Below the pieces are notes generated by a model that was not told the DNA's origin, did not search any database, and saw only the letters and a list, made by a program, of their open reading frames with translations. This document shows, piece by piece, positions 18,467 to 27,700 of a DNA stretch of 64,000 nucleotides. The DNA lies in NCBI GenBank assembly GCA_947465765.1, contig CANIAP010000004.1:25613-89612 (forward strand). The letters are read 5' to 3'. This DNA comes from a bacterium. Its GTDB lineage: Bacteria > Margulisbacteria > Marinamargulisbacteria > SXXA01. How positions within the stretch are numbered: the stretch's first letter is position 1; every line of letters starts with the position of its first letter. Made by a program: the position numbers and the translations under genes.

Positions 18467-18478
18467 AGAGAGGTATTG
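18467..18478. promoter_or_regulatory. perfect 12-bp palindrome in the dapF / 88-aa-gene divergent intergenic region (possible operator)
   Basis: TGTATCGATACA is its own reverse complement. It lies 54-65 nt upstream of ATG 18413. Function is unknown. Confidence 0.25.
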
Positions 18479-18680
18479 TATCGATACATTGTGTTTTATG
18501 CCGAACCCAACCTCCTTTCACCGGGGCCGTGAGCCGAATTGGCATATTTCCACAAAGATACCGATTTCAAAGACCTCTTGCACGTTTTGTGCTGGATAGT
18601 ATTTTCCATCATTTCAATCCATTAAAACATCGAAGTTTTTAAATTTAAAAGAGAGACCAAAACACCTTATCCTAGGCCCA

Positions 18681-19502
18681 ATGAAACATACTCACACAAT
18701 TAAGTTCAGTAAGCTCCATGGACTCGGCAACGATTTCATCGTCATCGATGCGATCCATCAACCCCTCCCAGACCGACCGCTGGATACCCTCGCGCAGGCA
18801 TTATGTGACCGACATTTTGGAATTGGCGCAGACGGCCTCATCCTGGTAGAAAAATCCAATCACTCGGATCTCAAAATGAGGGTCATTAATTCGGATGGCT
18901 CCGAACCCCAAATGTGTGGCAACGGAATACGCTGCCTCGCCAAATTCGCCTATGAAAACAAACTCGTCACTAAAGAGGTGTTCTCGGTAGAAACGTTAGC
19001 GGGCGTTATTGTCCCTGCCGTCATTATTAATAATGGGATCGTCACTGCGATCGAAGTGGATATGGGGCCACCGTTTCTCAAAAATCTGGATTTTCCAATC
19101 ACGATTGATGGGCAAGCGTTCCGGATAACCACTATATCCATGGGGAACCCCCACGCAGTGCTATTTATGGACCGTCCGGAAGATATCGACATCGAAATAC
19201 TCGGACCTCAATTTGAACGCCACTCCCTATTTCCGGAGCGCATCAACACCGAATTTGTACGGATTGAATCTCGATCGGAGGCCACAATGAGGGTATGGGA
19301 ACGCGGTGCGGGCGAAACTCTCGCATGCGGAACCGGCGCATGCGCCGTTCTCGTTGCTGGCGTGTTAAATGGGCACCTGGATCGAAAAGCAACCATCCAC
19401 CTCCCCGGCGGGTCTCTTTTAATCGAATGGTTAACCCCCACCCAACATGTCATGATGACAGGCCCGGCAACATTGGTCTTTGAAGGCGAAATAGAAATTT
19501 AA
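18681..19502 (+). CDS. dapF: diaminopimelate epimerase
   Basis: HGLGNDFIVID, catalytic-Cys contexts MCGNGIRC and ACGTGACA, length 273 aa. Confidence 0.95.
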   Translation: MKHTHTIKFSKLHGLGNDFIVIDAIHQPLPDRPLDTLAQALCDRHFGIGADGLILVEKSNHSDLKMRVINSDGSEPQMCGNGIRCLAKFAYENKLVTKEVFSVETLAGVIVPAVIINNGIVTAIEVDMGPPFLKNLDFPITIDGQAFRITTISMGNPHAVLFMDRPEDIDIEILGPQFERHSLFPERINTEFVRIESRSEATMRVWERGAGETLACGTGACAVLVAGVLNGHLDRKATIHLPGGSLLIEWLTPTQHVMMTGPATLVFEGEIEI

Positions 19503-19521
19503 CCCCACAACGGAGAACCCC

Positions 19522-20694
19522 ATGCAACTTACCGAACGAATCAAGAAAATCCCGCCCTACCTATTTGCTTTAGTTGACAAGAAAAAAGCAGAAGCCCGAG
19601 CCAAAGGAATCGACATTATTGACCTAGGGATTGGCGATCCAGATCTTCCAACCCCTGATTTTATCGTCGAGGAAATGGTGAAGGCCGTACGAAATCCTCA
19701 GAACCACAACTACCCTCCCTATGATGGAACAGTGGCGTTTCGCACCGCGGTATCGCAATGGTTTAACCATCGATTCGGAGTGACCCTCGATCCGACGACC
19801 GAAGTTCTCTCCCTCATTGGATCTAAAGAAGGGATTGCCCACTCCTTTTTGACTTTTTTAGATGCTGGCGATATCGCGCTTTTGCCAGACCCGGGATACC
19901 CCGCATACCAAGTCAACGCACTCATTGCAGGTGCGATTCCTTACTCGGTTCCTGCAACCGAAGCCACAAATTACGAACCGGAACTCGAAAAGATTCCTGC
20001 AGATGTGGTATCAAAAGCGAAAATCCTATTTCTGAATTACCCAAGCAACCCTACCGGCGCAGTGGCCAGTGACGCTTTTTTTGAAACGGCCATCGCGTTC
20101 GCAAAACAGCATAATATTTTGATATGTATGGACTTAGCGTATTCCGAAGTCTATTTCGACGGGAACAAACCCAAAAGCATCCTCCAGTTTCCGGGGGGGA
20201 AAGACGTCGCGATCGAGTTTCATACCTTGTCCAAAACATTCAATATGACCGGCTGGCGAATCGGAATGGCCGTCGGGAATGCAGAAGCGGTGCAAGCACT
20301 CGGAAAGATTAAAACGAACATGGATTCTGGCATCTTTAAAGCCATTCAAGAAGCGGTAATCCCCGCACTTAAGGACTATCAACCGTTTGTGGATGCCCAA
20401 AACATCATCTACCAAAATCGACGTGACATCATCGTCGACGGTCTCAATTCGTTGGGATGGACACTCCAAAAACCCAAAGCCACGTTTTACATCTGGGCTC
20501 CCATCCCCAAAGGCACCACATCGGAGCAGTTCACCATCGATCTCCTTGAAAAAACGGGAATATTGGTCGTACCCGGAAGCGGCTACGGGCACTATGGAGA
20601 AGGCTATTTCAGAATCTCTATTACGACGCCTGAAGCACGGTTGCACGAAGCCATTGAGCGCCTTAAAACCCATAACATTCGGTACACTGCATAA
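19522..20694 (+). CDS. dapL: LL-diaminopimelate aminotransferase (class I aminotransferase, DapL-type)
   Basis: IPPYLFALVDKKK...IDLGIGDPDLPTP, NYPSNPTG and the PLP-lysine context SKTFNMTGWRIG. Adjacent to dapF. Confidence 0.8.
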   Translation: MQLTERIKKIPPYLFALVDKKKAEARAKGIDIIDLGIGDPDLPTPDFIVEEMVKAVRNPQNHNYPPYDGTVAFRTAVSQWFNHRFGVTLDPTTEVLSLIGSKEGIAHSFLTFLDAGDIALLPDPGYPAYQVNALIAGAIPYSVPATEATNYEPELEKIPADVVSKAKILFLNYPSNPTGAVASDAFFETAIAFAKQHNILICMDLAYSEVYFDGNKPKSILQFPGGKDVAIEFHTLSKTFNMTGWRIGMAVGNAEAVQALGKIKTNMDSGIFKAIQEAVIPALKDYQPFVDAQNIIYQNRRDIIVDGLNSLGWTLQKPKATFYIWAPIPKGTTSEQFTIDLLEKTGILVVPGSGYGHYGEGYFRISITTPEARLHEAIERLKTHNIRYTA

Positions 20695-20697
20695 AAG

Positions 20698-21768
20698 ATG
20701 AAGTATTGGGTCGTCGGATACTACGGGTACGGAAACACCGGAGACGACGACCTACTTACTCAAACCATTAAGGTGATCCGGTCGGCGGACACCGCCGCCA
20801 CAATCTCGATCGCATTTCCAATACATCCCCGATCCCCACTTCCCCAGGACACGCACCCGATTCACCGATTTTCCCCGTACCAGGTAATTCGTGCCGTATG
20901 GAACGCCGATGCGGTTATTTTTGGTGGGGGCGGAATATTTCAAGACCAAACATCAATCCAAAGCCTCTTGTACTACGTGAGTATCGTCATGTTGGCGGCC
21001 AGCCTACGCCGCCCAGTCTTTCTATTAGGACAAGGAATCAGTAAGCCCAAACGAAAAATAAGTGGCTACTTGATCAAACTAGCCCTGGCTCGATGCCATT
21101 GGATCGGATGCCGTGACCATGAATCGCTAGCAGAGCTCCGAAAAATGCTTACCCCCACGGCGGGAACGTTAACTGCAGACCTTGCGTTTGCTTTTCGGAC
21201 GGCGACCTTACATCCCGGGCACCGGCCCTATGTTGCACTATCGGTCCGGCACCCCAATCAGCCGCTCAATTGGGCCCCCCTTCAACACTTTATAAACCAT
21301 TCCAGCTATCCCATCATTGGACTTTCTTTTGAGGCCCCTCAAGATGATCTGGCGATCCAATACTTGTTTGACACCACAACAAAAACAGCCCCTTCCATCA
21401 TTGCCATTAACACCCAATTCCCCAAAGCCGACCTCGCCTCAGGAGTCCCCGAATTAGTCATCGCAATGCGATACCATGCGTGCGTCTGGGCGGCGTTAAA
21501 CGGGATCCCCTTTTTAGCGATTGCGTACGACGATAAGGTCATCGCAATTGCCCAAGAATTAGGCCAACCCGTTATGGATCTCCGCCACACTAATCCGCCA
21601 CCCAGCCTCTCGATAGCGGTTGCCGCAGCGATCCAAAATCAGGCCTCCCTTAAGGCACAATTGTGCCAGACCCTTCCGGGTCTCTCACGACGCGCCCTCA
21701 TCAACCAAGAGGGAATATCCGATTTCGTTAGAGACTCAGGTTGTCGCAACAAAAGGGAGCCCAACTGA
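20698..21768 (+). CDS. csaB: polysaccharide pyruvyl transferase CsaB
   Basis: MKYWVVGYYGYGNTGDDDLL, IFGGGGIFQDQTSIQSLLYY and LLGQGISKPK follow the CsaB pattern (GYYGxxNxGDE...GGGsLlQDxTS...qGiGP). Confidence 0.75.
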   Translation: MKYWVVGYYGYGNTGDDDLLTQTIKVIRSADTAATISIAFPIHPRSPLPQDTHPIHRFSPYQVIRAVWNADAVIFGGGGIFQDQTSIQSLLYYVSIVMLAASLRRPVFLLGQGISKPKRKISGYLIKLALARCHWIGCRDHESLAELRKMLTPTAGTLTADLAFAFRTATLHPGHRPYVALSVRHPNQPLNWAPLQHFINHSSYPIIGLSFEAPQDDLAIQYLFDTTTKTAPSIIAINTQFPKADLASGVPELVIAMRYHACVWAALNGIPFLAIAYDDKVIAIAQELGQPVMDLRHTNPPPSLSIAVAAAIQNQASLKAQLCQTLPGLSRRALINQEGISDFVRDSGCRNKREPN

Positions 21769-21779
21769 AGTGACGGTCT

Positions 21780-24700
21780 CTATTTGAGAGACCCTGCCAT
21801 TTTCAATTTTAATACGGCAATTTTATTCGCCCTGGCCTTGACCTTTGCCATCAAGTCTTTTTCTAACTCAGAGGTTTCTTCACGGTAGCCTGCGACCGAC
21901 ACCTTAATTGTCCCCAGAGTCGCCATCTGTTGTGCCGCCATCCGTTGTCTGAAGGGGAACCCGATCAAGGCCTTCACTTTTTTAACATCCGCTGACCGAG
22001 ACGACTCCCACGCCTGCCCAATTATGGAATCAGGAAGCGCTGCATTGACCGACGATATCGCCATCGCAGTCCCATCCGACCGCCCGGATGGAACCAAATA
22101 ATCACCGGCATTTACGGGGCCAATGACCTTGACAGGGACTTGGCCCATAAACGAAGTCAGTGCCATTTGGTCTAGACGATCCGCCTGCCAGTTCCCGGCT
22201 ACGACCGGCGCAGAACTAATCACCAACAACTTATGCCGACCGCTCGTTTGAAAGGACACCTTCCCAGTATCTACACTGACAACATCCCCAGGTTGAAACG
22301 AATCCGAGGCAACAAGCTTATCCACATACTCGGCGTAATCCGCCTCAGGGGAGGTGAACTGAACCCCACCGGACCCATCTCCTTCAATCGAACCAATGAC
22401 CTCCGGATCGTAGGTAGGATAGGCGGGATTACCGAACCGATCCTTATTGTTGGCGATAAAGGATACAAAATTAGAGTTAGTCGAATTTCCGAGATTTCTT
22501 ACCGCCACACCGTAAAGAGGATGGCTGATTGCGTTGCCCGTGACGGTCACCAGTACGGTGTGGTTACCTGTGGCATGAGCTGTTCCTGACGGATTACTTG
22601 TCGACACTACATGTAACGCCGCCTCAGGATTCGCAGTACCAATACCCACCCCGCCTTGAAGGGTATAAGTCACTTTACCCGCTTGAATAGCAAATGGATC
22701 ATCCGCCAGCTGGGTCCGTAGATTTTCAGGCGCAATATAGCCAGTCACTGCAACTGAGAAATTCGCCGTAATGCCTCCTTGGGTTACGCTTGGTTGAGTA
22801 TAACCCACCAACAATCGTGCATTGGGCTCCGCAGTATTCCCTTCCCCAACCGCCATACGCAATTCGCTCCAGCCACCAGACCCTGTGTCACCGTAGATGT
22901 TGTACCGCCCAATATACATCGGATCTTTATTATCACTGTCGATAGTACTCACAAACGTAGGTCCACCCGACAAATACACCCGAGAACCCCATCCTTCGGT
23001 TCCGGCAAACACTGAATTGGTAATAACCCCCAAGCGAACATCCCCACTGACATACAAGGCGTCATTCACAAGCACCGAACTCGTAGCCACCCCATTGTAG
23101 TAGGCACCGACAACGACCATGCCACTTGTGCTAGTCTTAGCCGACGTATTGGCGCTTACCTCCAACATCACTATCCCATACGTTTTTGTGGCGACCCCAT
23201 TACCATAATCCACTCTCAACTCGTACCCGGGCCTTGTATACTCTTTGAATGCGAGAACTGAGGGGGTACTCATGGCAAGTGCTACCCTATTAGACGAGGT
23301 AGATGGGTTCGCATACCGAGCGACAAACCGAATGACATCCGCAGACGCCACGTTCGTCGTTACCCCACGATAATCCATCGCCTGTATCAGCAGTGCCGCA
23401 GCGGTTGCAGATTTTGCATCGTCCGTGGACCCAATTGCAACTTGTCCACCGGTAAATAGCGCGGGATATTTCAAGCCTCCTTTGGACCCGCCGGGCGTAA
23501 TCGGATCGAATATATTCATCGAAGCTACATCGACGTTCACCCCAACCACATAACGTTTAATACCAGGAGCACCGACAGTCCCACCCGCCGAAGAGGTGAC
23601 GCCCAACGACATCCCAATAACGTTAAGGGGGAAATCGGCGTCAATCGTTAAATAATTCCGCTGAAGCTTCGCCTTGGTCGCGGATACACTTCCAGGCGCA
23701 GTCTGAGTCAACGTGAGCACCGGACGCCTCGCAGTCGTGTCGTTATCCGTCGCAACCAACTGATTGGTACTTACCGACGCTGCAACCAAACTGCCATAAT
23801 TCCCGTTGGATGAGGATATCCGAGCATTGCCGCTCACGACAAGAGCAAGAGTAGAATTAGAGGTGCCGATACCCACCCCAGCAGAATTCACGATAAAATA
23901 GGAGGGCCCACTCACCACTTTCAGAATCGGATCCGTACTTCCCGAGATGGTCAGTAACGCATCTGAAGTAACCGTTCCGATCGATACCCTATTTTGATAA
24001 AGCTGCATGTCAACCACGCCATTTTCGATAAACGAGACAGAGGACGTCGGAACGTTGAGCCAACTCAAAACACTGTCGGCCGACTGGCCATTCGTGGTGA
24101 CACCCACAAATAGATACCTATTTTCGGTCACCGCTAAAATTCCTGGTGAAAACGTCGCAGCCGTAGCGTTGTACAATGTCGGTGTAAGGGTACCTGGAAT
24201 GGTGACGCTACCAGTTCCCGCCCTCAACGCAACCCTCGCGAAGAATCCCGCATTCGTTGTCGTGCCGTATACACCTGCCTCGCCATTTCTAGAGACAATC
24301 AATACATTATTAACGCTGGCCACCAGAAATGGGAAGGTCGGTGACGCGACAGGCGGATTAAACGAGACGTCTAACGCGTACACGGGTGAAATCGTCCGAA
24401 TACCCACTCGCCCCGCCGAATCCACAAGGAATTTAGAATCAACGCCAAGGGCCGCGTTATCCGAAGTGATCTGCATTGCAAAACTTGATCCATCGCCGAG
24501 TATATGGAGCGTGGCTGACGGAACGTCCGTACCAATCCCTACCCTATTTTGACTGGATATCGACATAATATTACGGTTTGAACTGTCTTTAATATCTAAA
24601 ATCCCACCCGCCGAACTCGCTAACGCTTTAACGTGCAACGCCGCACTGGCCGGTGGCGTTCCAATAGACACTCTTGCGTCAGACGTGCCCACTACCAACA

Positions 24701-27700
24701 CATCCGATATCGAGCTCGAACCACCAACGGCAAACTTAACCGATTTAGATTTATCTCGAGGAGCAAAGTTACCCGCCGCTTGCGAGTTTGGGTTTTGACC
24801 CAGAGAATGGGCGGTACCACTATACAGATCGGATACATGGAGCACCGCGTTTGGATTAGCGGTGACGTAACTACTCCCAAAGTCCTTCAAAAATATCCCG
24901 ACGTTCCCTGTAGAATCTCCCGCGTTATCGACTAAGAATATAGCCGCCGCCTTTTGACCGAGAATTGAGAAATCCGACCCAAGGGGTAACTCTGTTGAGT
25001 TTTTTGCATATATTTTTGTCAAATCCACCCGAAGCCCAACGGCGATATCTTCTACACCCGCCTGTACCCTGGCGACATTGCCTGATGGAAACACAATCGA
25101 CATCCCTCCAAAATCATCCGTTGAGCCATTAGTCCGAGCACCAAAGTCCATTTTAATGAGTTCCCCAGTGAAAGACCCGTTGGTAGTTCCTATGTTGGAG
25201 GACACCGTCAAAACACGTTGGCCTACACCACTCGACGGATTATACGAGGTGGCAATTGCGTTGACTGACACGACCCTAACCAACCCGTTAACCGTCCAAT
25301 TTAATCCATTTGGAGATGACGTCAGCTGCGAGTCCGAACCGTAATACGGAAAAACATTCCCCGTGCCGGACATCGCCCGCGTGATATTGAGAGACACGGT
25401 TGGGCCCCCATTGTAGACGTACAGCAAGTCAAAAGAGGCCGTTTTCGCTACCGAAAGGACGCCATACCCAGACTTAAACGCCCCAATGCTTGCCGATGCA
25501 ATCAGCAGTGTCGACGCGGTCATATTCCCGGTCACGTTCACCGTCGGAGCCGTGAACCTAACCGTGGGCATTACCAAAACAAGGTCAGAATGTAATTCAT
25601 TGGTTGAAACCTGATTATTGGTAGAAATTGAACCATCAACCCACAAATTCCCCCCAATCGTCACAAGCCCATTACCCGACACCGCCAACGAATAAGAGCT
25701 ATTCACAGTCGCACTGCCAATTGCAATCCGATTCGCAGTAACCAGAGTTGCGATCAAATCGGACGTCACATTCAACGTTGCTGCTGGAGCCAGAACTTGC
25801 AGATTAATCGTTACCCCATTACCCGACCTGAACTGAAGGGTATTGGAAACGTTAATCTCTGGCCCAGCCGCTATATTATCAACAAATAACAACCCATTAA
25901 TACTCACGCCCTTGACCGATCCGGAGGCAACCAAACCATTTACCGTCACTCCATCAAGATCAAAATCCGCACTAGCCACCCATAAATTATTACCCGCCAA
26001 GGCGCCGGAAATATCTAGCACGGACGTCGGTAAGGTCGTCCCAATCCCGACGTTTCCCCCATTCAAAATCAGAGAGTTGGCACTGACATTCGTCGTCGGA
26101 GATATATAGATCCCAGTCAATACCCCATTGGACCCCAACGCCAATCCGCTTCCATCCACATTCATCCCCACCGCCGCGACACTCGCTCCGGTACCCCCAA
26201 AGGTCGCCAACGCTGCCGATGTAGCAACAAATTCCACGGCCGTTATATTTCCTGTTACCGACCCCGTCGTGTTTATACTCACGGTTTCCATCGTAAACGC
26301 CGCAGTTAAATTACCTGGCCTCAAAAACGATCGGCTCAATTCTAATTGCGCAGCAGGCGCCGTCGTTCCAATTCCGACATTACCTTCGGCCGTAACCACC
26401 AAGCCCCCATTACTTCCACTAATATCGATTGTCTTTGGAACAATTCCACCCGTTGCTTTCAACGTGGTCGCTTTTCCTTGTCCATTTACCCACAACCCGC
26501 TACTTGGCGCCGTCGTTCCCCCAATGACTACCCCTCGATTAGGGCCGACTATTATCCCAGCCCCGCCACTATTGTAGATTCCTAATGTATCCGTTGTGCC
26601 ATCTATCCCGTTCACTACCAACCGGGACGTCCCCATATTTACCGAACTGCCCACTCCCACCGATCCGTTGTTCGACACAATCAACAAATCCCTAAGCACA
26701 CTATTGACCGTACTTTGTACAACAAAGTCGCCGCGTCCGTTTACCGTCACTACCGTCGCGATATACAAATCCGCCAAACCTCTGATCGGGATATTCGGAC
26801 TCGTTACGATCACCACGTTCCCACTCGTCTGTTTTCCGCTCATAAACACCGCAGGTATCATACTTCCCGTTATTTTTTCTCCAAATCGATTCGTTACACT
26901 GCTTGATACGCCAGCAAACTCAACGATCACGCCCGCGGCGATATCGCCGGCACTCGTACTCAATTTATCCAGGCTATTTCCCATTTTCACTGACATTGCA
27001 TTAATCGTTGTCGCATTACTTGCACTTCTTGCGCCTACTTCAAGATCTACTGCATATACTGTCGTTCCACTCGCGGATATCGTCGGGATTTGTGTCATTG
27101 TCTTTAATATCGCCGATCCGCTCACTCTTTCCAGTGATGAAGCTGTACTACCCACTCTCAGCATCCCAATAGTGTTGTTAACCGTCACATCCATATACGC
27201 ATCCGAAGACAATTGTCTCGACGTATTAAAATACCCCATCCGATTCCCTGAACCGACCAATGTATTACTAATATTAGCCGTAACGCTCGCCACTCTGTTT
27301 ACATATATTAAATTGTTTTGACTTGCACTATCGACATACAAAAATGAGTCCATTGTCGGGGTCGCACTCGGCGCCGCGGTCGGTTTTAAACCCAACGTTT
27401 TCGCAGCCCACGCACCACTACTCACCACACGTCGATTCGTGGTTACAGCGCCGACAATATTGAGCTGACCCGACACACTAATCGTATTAACGGTCACTGC
27501 GCCGTTGATCGTTACAGCGTTCACAACCGCGGATCCGCTCACGATTAACGCGTTAGCGGTCCCCCCACTCCACAAATTCATATCCGCATTAAACGTCGGA
27601 ATCACCAATCGGTTAAACGTCGCTACCACCGACGACAAATCACCCACCGTTATGATCGGATACATTAAACTCCCCGGAATACTATTTACCAAATCGGCGC

